Shown here piece after piece: positions 9,313-19,511 of a stretch of DNA of 64,000 nucleotides. A program made the translations under genes and the position numbers. Under the pieces are notes generated by a model. It was not told the origin of the DNA and ran no database searches. It was given only the letters and a program-made list of their open reading frames with translations. The stretch is taken from contig OZ242320.1 in NCBI GenBank assembly GCA_965208125.1, forward strand, positions 3,232,001 to 3,296,000. Reading direction: 5' to 3'. Within the stretch, counting starts at the first letter, position 1; every line of letters starts with the position of its first letter. The stretch comes from Candidatus Latescibacterota bacterium (GTDB taxonomy: Bacteria > Latescibacterota > UBA2968).

Positions 9313-12300
9313 TCAATCTGCGGCGGTGTGTCGATATGGGGTTGTCGATTCAATTTTGGGCGCGCCAAACCATCGCCAGATAAGGCTGATTAGAACAGGT
9401 ACAACGACCAGTGTGAGGGCTGTGGCAAATGCGAGACCAAAGATGACAGCTACGCCCATGGGACCCCACCATTGACTGCTGCGCCCCCCAATTTCCCACG
9501 AAAAGGAAAGAAAGTCAAAACTGATACCCGTGGCAAGGGGCAGCAGCCCCAGGATAGTGGTTATGGCTGTGAGAATGACGGGGCGAAATCTTACGACGCC
9601 TGCGCGTATGATCGCTTCGCGCGCTGAAAGGCCACGCTGGCGCAATTGCAGGGTATAGCCGATCAGAACGATGGCGTTGTTGACGACCACGCCTGCAAGG
9701 CTGATTACGCCAATGCCCGTCATGAGAATGCCAAAAGGGGTTCCGGTGACAATCAGGCCGATCAGCACGCCAATCATAGACAGAATGACAGATGTGAGAA
9801 TGGTAAAGGGCAGGGCCAGAGAGTTGAATTGCGTAATCAGAATGAGCGCGATGCCAGCCAATGCTATGAGCAAAGCTTTGGAAAGAAAGGCGGTGGCTTT
9901 TTGCTGTTCTTCATTTTCTCCGGAATAGGCGATTTGATAGCCCGGTGGAAGGGAAAAATCGGATAGGGCTGCTTGCACATCGCGCATGGCCGCATCAGAT
10001 GTGCGGTCTTGCACTTTGCCTTCAATGGAGATAACGCGCTTGAGGTCTTTGCGCCGAATGCTGCCAAATCCCCCGCCCGTTTCTATGCGTGCCACCGCGC
10101 TTATGGGCGTGATTCTGCCATCTTTTTCAATGGTGATGCGCTCGAGGTCGGCAAGGGTGTTGCGCTTGTCGGACTTGAATCTCACGCGAATATCGTACTC
10201 GTCTTCGCCCAGCCGATATTCGGATGCTTCTGAGCCGTAAACAGCCGAGCGTACCGTAGCGGCAATCAGGCGCGTATTGAGGCCCGCTATTGCAGCGGCT
10301 TCTCGATCTACGACGATGCGGACTTCGGGACGCCCGCGGTCGTAGTCGTCTTTGAGATCGACAACGCCGGGCACTTCGGCTACGATGCGTTTGATGCGCG
10401 CGGATAATTGCCCCAAAATTTCGAAATTTTCGCCGGATACCTCAACGCTGATGGGAGGGCCTACGGGGGGGCCGCCGCGCTCCTGGGACAATTCGATTTC
10501 AGCGCCGGTCAGATTTTTGAGTTTGCTGCGAATTTCCTCGATGGTCTTAAAAGAGGATTGTTGCCGAATACTTTCATCGACAAAATCAACGGAAATGCGA
10601 CTGGCATTTGAAACGCCTTCGCCAGACGCAAATTCATCGCCGCCCGAGACACCCACATTGGCGACATAGGTTTCAACATCGGGAATACCAGCGAGAATGG
10701 ATTCGATCTGGCGTGCCAATTGATCCGATGTTTCGAGGTTTGTGCCCGATGGGGCGCGCACATCGATATAGGCTGTGTTGGGTTCAATTTCGGGAAAGAA
10801 TTCGATGCCTCGACCTGTGAAATAGTACGCCGCAATGACGAGAATGAGTGTGCTCGCTGCAAGAGAGAGGGTTATTCCCGGGTAATTGAGTGCCAGTTCG
10901 AGGCGACGCTGATAGGCGTTGAGGCTGCGCTGAAGGCGGGGTGATGTTTCTTTGACCGTTCCGCGCACTGTCATGAAAGATGCACAAAATGTGGGATTGA
11001 GGACGAGGCCCACGAAGAGGGACGAAGACAGGGTTATGATCAGGGTGATGGGCAAATATTTCATAAATTCGCCCATGATACCGGGCCAGACAATCATGGG
11101 TGCAAAAGCACATAATGTCGTCAATGTTGAGGTTATCACAGGCCAGGCGACTTCTCCCGTGCCTTCCAACGCTCCCTGGATGGGAGATTGACCTTCTTGC
11201 CGGTGGCGGTAGATATTTTCGACAATGACGATGGCATTATCCACGAGCATGCCAAGTGCGAGGATCAGGCTAAACAAAACGATCATATTGAGCGTGATGC
11301 CCATAATAGAGATGATGACAAAGGCGATGAGCATAGAGAGGGGTATGGCGATACCGACAAAAAAGGCATTGCGTAGGCCCAGAAAAAATAGAAGCACCAG
11401 AATGACGAGGATCAGGCCGGATATGATATTGTTTTCGAGATCTTTAACCATCATACGAATGTCTTCGGACTGGTCACCCAAAATGGTGATTTGTGTGCCT
11501 GCGGGAAGGGTGGGTTTCAAATCGTCGAGCGCGATTTTAATTTGATCGGCTATGGCAATCAGATTTTCACCACTGCGTTTGACAATTTCGAGGCTCACAC
11601 TGGGCTTGTGGTTGAGGCGGGCGTAATTTGCGCGGTCCTTAAACCCATATACAACATCGGCAACATCGCGAATATAGATCGGGCGGCCTTGCGACGCTTT
11701 GATGAGGAGGTCGCCAATCTGGGGAACGGTTTCAAGTTCGCCGGGCACGCGCACGGCGTATTTGTATGCACCTATATCCACGCTGCCGCCAGGAAGGGTC
11801 AAGTTTTCGCGTTGGATGGCCTCTATTACGTCCTGGATGGCGAGTTTGTAGGCGATGAGGCGATCGGGATCGACATCGACTTTGACTTCGTGTTCGAGAC
11901 CACCGACCACGCGTACTTCAAGGATGCCGGGGATGGTTTCGATATGATCGGCAAAGTCTTCGGCAATTTCTTTGAGCCGAATAAGCCCATAGTCGGCCGA
12001 CAATGCGACGAGCATCATGGGGATATTGGAAAAGTTGACTTCGAGAACCACGGGATCTTCTGCATCATCGGGTAATTCTGTTTTGGCGAGATCGACCTTG
12101 TCTTTGACGCGCTGGAGTGCATTGTCAATGTCGGCATTGGGATTAAATTCTACCGTGATTGACGAAGCACTTTCGATCGAACTCGAGCGGATTACTTTGA
12201 CGTTTTCAATGGATTGAAGTTCTTTTTCCAAAGGTCGGGTGATGAGGTTTTCAACATCCTGAGGCGAGGCTCCGATATACGGCGTGCTGACGATGATGAG

Positions 12301-12429
12301 GGGGATGGTAATATCCGGCGCGGCTTCGCGAGGAAGCGACAGATAGGCCGAGATGCCCGAGATGATGAGGATGCCGACAAAGACGTAAACGGTGATGCGA
12401 TGTTTGAGTGCGTACGCGGTAATGGTCAT
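9313..12429 (-). CDS. RND efflux transporter permease (AcrB/AcrD/AcrF family)
   Basis: 1038 aa, GMLVDNAIVIVEN, VVNNAIVL, RFRPVILTAITTILG. Confidence 0.95.
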   Translation of the reverse strand: MTITAYALKHRITVYVFVGILIISGISAYLSLPREAAPDITIPLIIVSTPYIGASPQDVENLITRPLEKELQSIENVKVIRSSSIESASSITVEFNPNADIDNALQRVKDKVDLAKTELPDDAEDPVVLEVNFSNIPMMLVALSADYGLIRLKEIAEDFADHIETIPGILEVRVVGGLEHEVKVDVDPDRLIAYKLAIQDVIEAIQRENLTLPGGSVDIGAYKYAVRVPGELETVPQIGDLLIKASQGRPIYIRDVADVVYGFKDRANYARLNHKPSVSLEIVKRSGENLIAIADQIKIALDDLKPTLPAGTQITILGDQSEDIRMMVKDLENNIISGLILVILVLLFFLGLRNAFFVGIAIPLSMLIAFVIISIMGITLNMIVLFSLILALGMLVDNAIVIVENIYRHRQEGQSPIQGALEGTGEVAWPVITSTLTTLCAFAPMIVWPGIMGEFMKYLPITLIITLSSSLFVGLVLNPTFCASFMTVRGTVKETSPRLQRSLNAYQRRLELALNYPGITLSLAASTLILVIAAYYFTGRGIEFFPEIEPNTAYIDVRAPSGTNLETSDQLARQIESILAGIPDVETYVANVGVSGGDEFASGEGVSNASRISVDFVDESIRQQSSFKTIEEIRSKLKNLTGAEIELSQERGGPPVGPPISVEVSGENFEILGQLSARIKRIVAEVPGVVDLKDDYDRGRPEVRIVVDREAAAIAGLNTRLIAATVRSAVYGSEASEYRLGEDEYDIRVRFKSDKRNTLADLERITIEKDGRITPISAVARIETGGGFGSIRRKDLKRVISIEGKVQDRTSDAAMRDVQAALSDFSLPPGYQIAYSGENEEQQKATAFLSKALLIALAGIALILITQFNSLALPFTILTSVILSMIGVLIGLIVTGTPFGILMTGIGVISLAGVVVNNAIVLIGYTLQLRQRGLSAREAIIRAGVVRFRPVILTAITTILGLLPLATGISFDFLSFSWEIGGRSSQWWGPMGVAVIFGLAFATALTLVVVPVLISLIWRWFGAPKIESTTPYRHTAAD

Positions 12430-13475
12430 GGGATGGATTCCGCATATTTTATTGCCACGCGATCGCCATCAATGAGGTCTCGCCCGCCTTTGACGACGAT
12501 CTGATCGCCAAAGGAAAGCCCCTTTTGGACGACGACGCGTTCAGCTTCCGATGGGCCCAGGCTGAGCGGGCGCATAAGGGCCCTGTCGTCTTTTACGACA
12601 AAGGCCACAGGCCCGGTTTCGCGTTCGATAATGGCTTCGCGGGGAATGACGACGGCATGTCGGTGAATGCGCCGCACTGCTTTCAGCGTGCCGATCATGC
12701 CGGGGCGAATATGCCCTGTTGGATTGGGCAAGTGGATTTCAATGGGAAAAACCCTCTGGTCTGTATCTGCTGCCGGGCCAACATGGGCGATTGTGCCCTC
12801 ATAAGTCTGGTTCGGCAGCGCATCGAGGATGAGGGTGACGAGGCTGCCTTCGGCGAAGTCGATGATTTCGCTCTCGGCTATCCAGGCCGCAACGCGCAGG
12901 CTGTCGGTTTGTACGAGGCGAAATGTTGCGTCACCCCGTGTGATATGTTGCCCTTGTGAGAGGTGCCGCTTTGCTATAGTGCCTGAAAAAGGCGCTTGTA
13001 TCTGCCCATAAGAGAGCCGGTGTTTTAAGGTCTGCGCTGTTGATTTGGCTTTTTGAAAGTCGTATTCTGTAGCAAAATAAGACTGCTCGGAAATCGAGCC
13101 TTCGGAGAAAAGTTGTTTGCTGCGCTCGTAATTGTAGGCTTGAAACTTGAGATTGGCCTCGGCTTCTATCAATGCGGCTTGCAGAAGCTCCATGTTGAGT
13201 TGTGCGAGATGCGCTTCGCGTTTGACGTAATCACCCACATCTTTGTACGTGTTGATGACCTCACCAGATTCGAGCGCACTGATGGTCACATCGCGCCAGG
13301 CTTTTACCGTGGCAGACAGTCTGCTGTATTGGACGAGCGAATCGGGTTTGAGCACAAATGTAGATACATTGGTGGTGCGCTCTTTGGGCATTTCTTTTTG
13401 CGCCGAAGATTCGTCGCCACAGCCCAGATGGATCGCGATCAAAAGAAAGGGTATTAAAAGTCTGTACAAATTCAT
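12426..13475 (-). CDS. RND efflux periplasmic adaptor (MFP) subunit
   Basis: Lipobox-like HLG-C, IQAPFSG, RPGM, GLSFGDQIV; overlaps neighbours by 4 bp. Confidence 0.92.
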   Translation of the reverse strand: MNLYRLLIPFLLIAIHLGCGDESSAQKEMPKERTTNVSTFVLKPDSLVQYSRLSATVKAWRDVTISALESGEVINTYKDVGDYVKREAHLAQLNMELLQAALIEAEANLKFQAYNYERSKQLFSEGSISEQSYFATEYDFQKAKSTAQTLKHRLSYGQIQAPFSGTIAKRHLSQGQHITRGDATFRLVQTDSLRVAAWIAESEIIDFAEGSLVTLILDALPNQTYEGTIAHVGPAADTDQRVFPIEIHLPNPTGHIRPGMIGTLKAVRRIHRHAVVIPREAIIERETGPVAFVVKDDRALMRPLSLGPSEAERVVVQKGLSFGDQIVVKGGRDLIDGDRVAIKYAESIP

Positions 13476-14908
13476 GGTTTATCCTCTTCACCCAAAATGC
13501 CCACATTGAGTTCTAAATGTACGAGGGCAACCGCAAGATCTCGCTTTGCGCGCGCGAGTTCGGCTTCGGCGCGTTGTAAGGTGAGTTGTCCATCGACGAC
13601 TTCGATCTGGGTGCCAACGCCGTTTTCATAACGCGATTCCGCGATTTCCATGCCTCGATGGGCGAGACCAACGGCCTGTATTTGTGCGCTTTTTCTGGCG
13701 CGAACTTCGAGGAAAGTGCGCCACGCCTGCAGGATGTTGAAACGCACGTCGCGCTCGGTTTGTTTTCGCATCAGTTTGGCCTGCCGCGTGTCTGAGCGAG
13801 CCTGCGCAACCTGTGCATTTGTGCGAAAGCCATCGAATATGGGAATGTTGATGGCGATGCCCGAAAACCAACTCTGATGAAAATCGTCTTTTACAAAATC
13901 AAATTCGTTTTTTTGCGCCTGCCACTGTCCATTGACAATTAAATCTACAGTAGGGCGGGATTCTGATTGGGCAATGGTCTCCGCGTGTTGGAGCATTTCG
14001 ACCTCGAGGGAGTACTGGCGCACAATGGGATTCATTTGCATTGAGAGGTCAATTAGTTCTGTCTCGGTGATAGTCGATAAAAGGTGGATTTCTTCGCGGA
14101 AAGTCCCACGAGGTGTAATGGATTCGTTGGGGTCAATGCCGATCTGATTTTTGAACGCGAGATCTGCCAATATACGCGCATTTTCCGTACTTATGGAATC
14201 GGTCAGCAGTTCGGCGACCTGTACCTGTGCACGCAGTAAATCGTAGTCCGATACGCGCCCTGCCTCGCGCAATTTTTCGACGCGTCTGAAATTTGCACGC
14301 GCACGCGCCACGGAAGATTTGCTGACGTGCGTGAGTTCCCGAGCCAGTAGCAGGTCGTAAAAAGCCGTTTCGACCTGGGTGTGTAATTGCTGCTTTGCAG
14401 CGCGTACTTTTTCTTCTGAAAATTGTCGGAACAGACGCGCAGCGCGCATGGCAGAAAAAGATTTGCCCCCACCCCAAATAGATTGTCGAATGCCAACCGT
14501 GCCGATGAGATTATTGTGTGCTCCTACGGTAAATTGTTGTTGGCCTGCTGGCGTATCAAAAAAAAAGGTGGGTAGCAACCAGTTGCGCGTGTATTGCATG
14601 GTGATATCAAGCTGGGGCAGAACATCGGCTACTGCATGGCGAACCCGTTGGCGTGATTTGCCCAGGTCTTCGCGCGCAATTAGCAGGTCTTCATTGTGCG
14701 ATAGCGCGTGTTGCAAACTCTCTTCGAGTGTAATAGACCGGGAATAGGCTCTGGGGAGCGCGAAAAAAAGGAACAGAAGGCCGATGATACACAGCCATCG
14801 ACAAAAAGATATATAGTCCATCGACATTTGGAAGGCGTGAGGTTCGGTCGGAATATTATTTGCCTGAAAATCTACAGGGTTTTGCCATGTGATGTCAAGG
14901 CGTTTCAC
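13472..14908 (-). CDS. TolC-family outer membrane efflux protein
   Basis: ITLEESL..AL..N, IPIFDG, RYENGVGT..EV.D; start may lie further downstream. Confidence 0.92.
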   Translation of the reverse strand: MKRLDITWQNPVDFQANNIPTEPHAFQMSMDYISFCRWLCIIGLLFLFFALPRAYSRSITLEESLQHALSHNEDLLIAREDLGKSRQRVRHAVADVLPQLDITMQYTRNWLLPTFFFDTPAGQQQFTVGAHNNLIGTVGIRQSIWGGGKSFSAMRAARLFRQFSEEKVRAAKQQLHTQVETAFYDLLLARELTHVSKSSVARARANFRRVEKLREAGRVSDYDLLRAQVQVAELLTDSISTENARILADLAFKNQIGIDPNESITPRGTFREEIHLLSTITETELIDLSMQMNPIVRQYSLEVEMLQHAETIAQSESRPTVDLIVNGQWQAQKNEFDFVKDDFHQSWFSGIAINIPIFDGFRTNAQVAQARSDTRQAKLMRKQTERDVRFNILQAWRTFLEVRARKSAQIQAVGLAHRGMEIAESRYENGVGTQIEVVDGQLTLQRAEAELARAKRDLAVALVHLELNVGILGEEDKP

Positions 14909-15777
14909 AAACTGATACGGCAGACGCTGTCTGATAGCACCAATGCTTGAACAGTTTCTGCGACATCGTGAACCCTTACAATGTGAGTGCCTGCGATTGC
15001 GCCCAATGTGATTGCAGAAATGCTGCCCGGTAGGCGCTCGTGAGGCAGACTTTGTGGCGCAGTAAATTGCTTGCGCGATGCACCCATGAGAAGGGGGTAT
15101 CCCAGCGTGTGAAAATCGGATAGTCGGGCGAGTATTTCGATATTGTGCGCGTATTTTTTGCCAAATCCCAGTCCGGGATCAATTACAATCTGAGATCGGG
15201 AAATGCCCATCGCCCTTGCGCTGTCGATTTGTGCGCTTAAAAAGTCGAGAATATCGGATACGACATCGTCGTACACGGGGTTCCGCTGCATGGTTGCGGG
15301 CGTTCCCTGCATGTGCATCAGAACAACAGCAGCTCCCGTTTCTGCGATCAGATGCATCATGCTGGTGTCAAAACGCAGGGCACTGATGTCGTTGACAATG
15401 GTTGCGCCATTGTCAATGGCCTGTCGGGCAACTTCGGATTTGGTTGTGTCTATAGAGATGGGTACGTCGAGTTGTGGGGCAATGGCCTCAATAATGGGAA
15501 TGGTGCGATCCAGTTCTTCTTTTAGAGAGACAACGGTCGCTCCTTTGCCATAAGGCCCGGTTGGACGGGATGATTCACCCCCTATATCGATTATGTCGGC
15601 ACCGGCTTCAACCAGTGCCAGTGCTCGTTCAATCGCTTTGCGCGGTTCAAAATAAAGGCCGCCGTCTGAGAACGAGTCTGGCGTGACATTGAGAACGCCC
15701 ATCACGAGTGTTCGATGCCCCAATTGAAGGGGTGTGCCACAGCATGAAAGCTGGTAAATAGGGCGTATGTGTTTCAT
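14905..15777 (-). CDS. folP: Dihydropteroate synthase
   Basis: MGVLNVTPDSFSDGG, IDIGGESSRP, DPGLGFGK, SRK, VRVHDV; start moved to ATG 15777 because the TTG at 15795 lies in the terminator. Confidence 0.96.
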   Translation of the reverse strand: MKHIRPIYQLSCCGTPLQLGHRTLVMGVLNVTPDSFSDGGLYFEPRKAIERALALVEAGADIIDIGGESSRPTGPYGKGATVVSLKEELDRTIPIIEAIAPQLDVPISIDTTKSEVARQAIDNGATIVNDISALRFDTSMMHLIAETGAAVVLMHMQGTPATMQRNPVYDDVVSDILDFLSAQIDSARAMGISRSQIVIDPGLGFGKKYAHNIEILARLSDFHTLGYPLLMGASRKQFTAPQSLPHERLPGSISAITLGAIAGTHIVRVHDVAETVQALVLSDSVCRISL

Positions 15778-15793
15778 TGGGACGGTGTGAAAC

Positions 15794-15827
15794 AAAAAAA
15801 GAGATGGCGTTTGCCATCTCTTTTTTT
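15794..15827. terminator. Rho-independent terminator after ftsH
   Basis: A7-GAGATGGC-GTTT-GCCATCTC-T7 perfect hairpin overlapping the ftsH stop. Confidence 0.8.
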
Positions 15828-17952
15828 AGTTATCTGATGGCTGTTTTTCTTGTTCAGAGGTGTGCTCTTCCGATGTTTGGTCTTCCTGTTCTTCTTCAGA
15901 TTTTTCTGGCTGTTTTGCTGGCTCGACTGGTTTTTCGAGCGTTTTGCCTTCTAATAACTGGTTGAGCTGTACATCGTCGAGGGTTTCAAATTCCAGCAGT
16001 GCTTTGGCGAGGATGTGGACTTTGTCGATGTTATCGCTGAGCAATTGTTCGGCGCGGGACTCGGCTTTGAGCACGAAGTTCTTGATTTCCTCATCGATCA
16101 TTTCGGCCACTCTGTCGCTGTGATCTCTACGTTGTGCCATTTCGCGCCCGAGGAATATTTCGTCGTTTTGCTGCCCATAAGCAATGGGACCCAGTTTGGG
16201 ACTCATGCCCCAATCGCAAACCATTTGCCGGGCGAGATTGGTGGCCATGCGGTAGTCTTGCTGCCCGCCTGTTGTGATTTCGCCAAAGACGAGCTTTTCG
16301 GCAATTCTGCCACCCAGGGCGTAAGCGAGAACCGCTTCACAATAACTCTGGGGATAAGTGTGGCGCTCGTCGATGGGGAGGGTGTGTGTGACACCGAGGG
16401 CACGCCCGCGAGGGATGATGGTCACTTTGTGCAAAGGATCGCTCTCTGGTATGAGTTTGGCTACCAGTGCGTGACCAATTTCGTGATAGGACGTGAGGCG
16501 TTTTTCTTTGTCGGAAATGACCAGGCTGCGTCGCTCTGCACCCATCATGACTTTGTCTTTGGCATCTTCAAAGTCGCTCATGGTTACGCGGTCGCGATTA
16601 TTTCTGGAAGCGAGAAGAGCGGCTTCGTTGACCAGATTGGCGAGGTCTGCTCCTGCCAGTCCGGGAGTTCCTCGCGCCAGCACTTGTAAGTTGACGTCGT
16701 CGGAGAGGGGTGTGTTGCGGGTGTGGACTTTGAGAATGCCTTCGCGCCCTCTAATATCGGGACGATCTACCACGACCTGGCGGTCGAAGCGCCCAGGTCG
16801 CAACAGCGCGGGGTCGAGCACGTCGGGACGGTTGGTAGCTGCGATGAGGATGAGGCCCTCTTTGGATTCAAAACCATCCATTTCAACCAGGAGTTGATTG
16901 AGGGTTTGCTCGCGTTCGTCGTGGCCGCCTCCAATACCTGCGCCGCGGTGCCGTCCCACGGCATCTATTTCATCGATAAAGATGATACACGGAGCGTGAT
17001 TTTTCCCCTGTTCAAAGAGATCGCGCACACGCGAAGCACCCACGCCGACAAACATTTCGACAAAATCAGAGCCGCTCATTAAAAAGAATGGGACACCCGC
17101 TTCGCCTGCGACGGCGCGTGCCATGTGCGTTTTGCCCGTTCCGGGAGGACCAACGAGGAGTACGCCTTTTGGAATGCGCCCGCCCAGACGTTGAAATTTG
17201 CGTGGATCTTTCAGAAATTCGATGATTTCCTGTAGTTCTTGCTTGGCTTCTTCGGCGCCTGCAACGTCTTTGAATGTGATTGTTGTTTTATCTTCAGAGA
17301 CGAGCTTTGCTTTGCTTTTGCCAAAGCTGAACGCACCTTTGGGACCTCCTTGCATCTGACGCAAAATGAAGAGCCAAAGCCCTATGAACAGGATCCACGG
17401 CAAAAAATTAAAAAATATGTTGAGCCAGTTGGAGGGTCTTTGAAAGCGAAAGTCAACGCCGTATTTGAGCCATTCTTCGATGGTCTGAGCATCTACGACG
17501 CCCAGGTCAACGACAAAATCGCGAAAGGTGTGCTGTTGTCTTCGCCCCGGCGGTGTAAGCTCTTCTGCGACGAGGTGGCCGTGAAATTCGTTATCAATAA
17601 TGATCGCGCTCTGGATTTTTCCCTCTTCGAGGAGCATTTTGTACTCTTTATAGCTGAGTACGACATCGCTGGAGGGGGAATTGCCAAAAAACTTGGAAGC
17701 AAAAATGATAACCAGCAAAAAAAAGACCCAGAAAGCCAGTGGTTTTGAGATGCGCCGCCAGGGCCACTTGCCATTCTCCGTATCCCCCTTGCGATCGGGA
17801 TTATCCCGATTGAGCACGGACAAGTTGGGGCGCCGCTCTTTTTTTTCTTCAGGCGCGTCATCTTCGGGCTGTGTGGGAGCGCGATCGGGCGTCTCGTCAG
17901 ACGAATGTGTTTCTTCATCCGGTTTCGAGTCCCTGTCTTTGGGATCGGTCAT
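15826..17952 (-). CDS. ftsH: ATP-dependent zinc metalloprotease FtsH
   Basis: Two TM segments, Walker [29 protein letters not shown]; ATG 17952 overlaps the tilS stop (ATGA). Confidence 0.97.
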   Translation of the reverse strand: MTDPKDRDSKPDEETHSSDETPDRAPTQPEDDAPEEKKERRPNLSVLNRDNPDRKGDTENGKWPWRRISKPLAFWVFFLLVIIFASKFFGNSPSSDVVLSYKEYKMLLEEGKIQSAIIIDNEFHGHLVAEELTPPGRRQQHTFRDFVVDLGVVDAQTIEEWLKYGVDFRFQRPSNWLNIFFNFLPWILFIGLWLFILRQMQGGPKGAFSFGKSKAKLVSEDKTTITFKDVAGAEEAKQELQEIIEFLKDPRKFQRLGGRIPKGVLLVGPPGTGKTHMARAVAGEAGVPFFLMSGSDFVEMFVGVGASRVRDLFEQGKNHAPCIIFIDEIDAVGRHRGAGIGGGHDEREQTLNQLLVEMDGFESKEGLILIAATNRPDVLDPALLRPGRFDRQVVVDRPDIRGREGILKVHTRNTPLSDDVNLQVLARGTPGLAGADLANLVNEAALLASRNNRDRVTMSDFEDAKDKVMMGAERRSLVISDKEKRLTSYHEIGHALVAKLIPESDPLHKVTIIPRGRALGVTHTLPIDERHTYPQSYCEAVLAYALGGRIAEKLVFGEITTGGQQDYRMATNLARQMVCDWGMSPKLGPIAYGQQNDEIFLGREMAQRRDHSDRVAEMIDEEIKNFVLKAESRAEQLLSDNIDKVHILAKALLEFETLDDVQLNQLLEGKTLEKPVEPAKQPEKSEEEQEDQTSEEHTSEQEKQPSDN

Positions 17953-19394
17953 AAATGCCTCTCTTCGCATTGTGTGATCATGCTACTATAGGTTGCTTTG
18001 AGCACGCGCCGAGTATCCGGTGTGATAGGTGCGATTTGTGAACGCCGAAGGCCAACGACCCACAGAATGGTCGTACCGCTCACCAGCAGTGGTATTTCGC
18101 CGCGCAGTGGGCGGGGTATTTTGCTATCGCCGAGCAGTCTGCTGACTTTTTTTTTCCCCTGCATGCCAAAAGGGTGAAACCAGTCGCCCGGTCTGGGTGA
18201 ACGGAGATACAACGCCCGGTTGGGAAGTTGATCCAGGTCAAAAAAGACGGTGTGTTTCGCTGTTTTTGAACTGCTGATACAGTTGTACACCGTTCGCAGG
18301 CGCTCATGGTTGACCCGGTTTAATATATTTATTGAGAATTTGCCGTTGATATTGAGCGGCACATCGGGTTCAACCGAAAAGCAGTAAGTTCGGGCGGGCT
18401 GGGTTATAATAAGTGTGTCATTCGCGCGATAAGCTGAGATTTCTGGCGTTATTTGAATGCTGTTTCCAGAGGTGGAAGCAATTTCGAGAATGCGTTCAAC
18501 AACCTGGAAACGCGCGGCTTCGGCACCGGCCTGAAGGGCAAAAAGCACCTTTCGGATCAGGCGACGCCGAAGTGATATATGATAACCGAAAAAACGCTTA
18601 ACATCAAGGATAAATTTTCGACTGTCGCGATACAGGAGGGTTTCCGAAAGTGCCTGTTCCGCAATGTTTTCGAGGTGGGCATCGTCATTTTGCAACAGGG
18701 TTGCCGAACGTGAAAGCAGGGCTTCGATTTGGGGATTATATACCTTTTGCAAGTGGGGTATCAGATCTGTGCGAATGCGATTGCGCAGAAATTTTGGATC
18801 GCTATTTGTTTCATCGCGCAGCACCTGCAAATTGCGGGTGCGTACATAAGATTCAATTTCCGATCTGGAAAATGAGAGCAGAGGGCGAATCCAGCATGAT
18901 TCTGAAATTGGACGCATGCCTCCCAATCCGGTGAGTCCTGCACCTCGAACAAGGCGCAACAGGACGGTTTCCGCCTGATCGCTTTTTGTATGGCCAAGCG
19001 CGATCCGGTTTGCTCCAGTTTTCTGTTTTACGGTGTCGAGAAATGCCCGTCGTGCATCGCGCGCTGCTTCTTCGAGAGATTGTTTTTTATTTTTTGCTCG
19101 CTGCACAACATCGTCCTTTTCGATATAGACGGGATAGTTTCGGGCGATTTGTTTGACAAACGCGGCATCGCTTTCGGCATTGGGACGAAGTTGATGATTG
19201 AGATGCGCGATATAAAGTGTGAGGTGCCATTTTGATTTGAGGCGGCGGAGCAGATCGAATAAGGTGACGGAGTCGGGACCGCCAGACAGGGCTACGACCA
19301 CCCCATCACCTATTGTGAGGAGGCGTTCTTGTTGGATATAGGCTTCAACGCGATGTAGAATATCCATTTCTCGAGCGGACATGCCGAGTTCCAT
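17949..19394 (-). CDS. tilS: tRNA(Ile)-lysidine synthetase
   Basis: SGGPDS PP-loop, HLNH.LR, GHTKSDQAET, IRPLL, RNRIR, TilS C-terminal domain. Confidence 0.95.
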   Translation of the reverse strand: MELGMSAREMDILHRVEAYIQQERLLTIGDGVVVALSGGPDSVTLFDLLRRLKSKWHLTLYIAHLNHQLRPNAESDAAFVKQIARNYPVYIEKDDVVQRAKNKKQSLEEAARDARRAFLDTVKQKTGANRIALGHTKSDQAETVLLRLVRGAGLTGLGGMRPISESCWIRPLLSFSRSEIESYVRTRNLQVLRDETNSDPKFLRNRIRTDLIPHLQKVYNPQIEALLSRSATLLQNDDAHLENIAEQALSETLLYRDSRKFILDVKRFFGYHISLRRRLIRKVLFALQAGAEAARFQVVERILEIASTSGNSIQITPEISAYRANDTLIITQPARTYCFSVEPDVPLNINGKFSINILNRVNHERLRTVYNCISSSKTAKHTVFFDLDQLPNRALYLRSPRPGDWFHPFGMQGKKKVSRLLGDSKIPRPLRGEIPLLVSGTTILWVVGLRRSQIAPITPDTRRVLKATYSSMITQCEERHL

Positions 19395-19466
19395 TTTGCA
19401 AGTGTTGGACGCGCGAATAGCGTCTAAAGTTTCTCGTACCCCTATGGTAACATGCAGTAGTAGCGC

Positions 19467-19499
19467 AAAAAAAATCGGCTGTGGATTTACAGCCGATTT
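19467..19499 (-). terminator. Rho-independent terminator after DUF6029 gene
   Basis: AAATCGGCTGT-GGATTT-ACAGCCGATTT stem with A8 on the left (U-tract on minus strand). Confidence 0.75.
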
Positions 19500-19511
19500 A
19501 TACGCTTGTGA

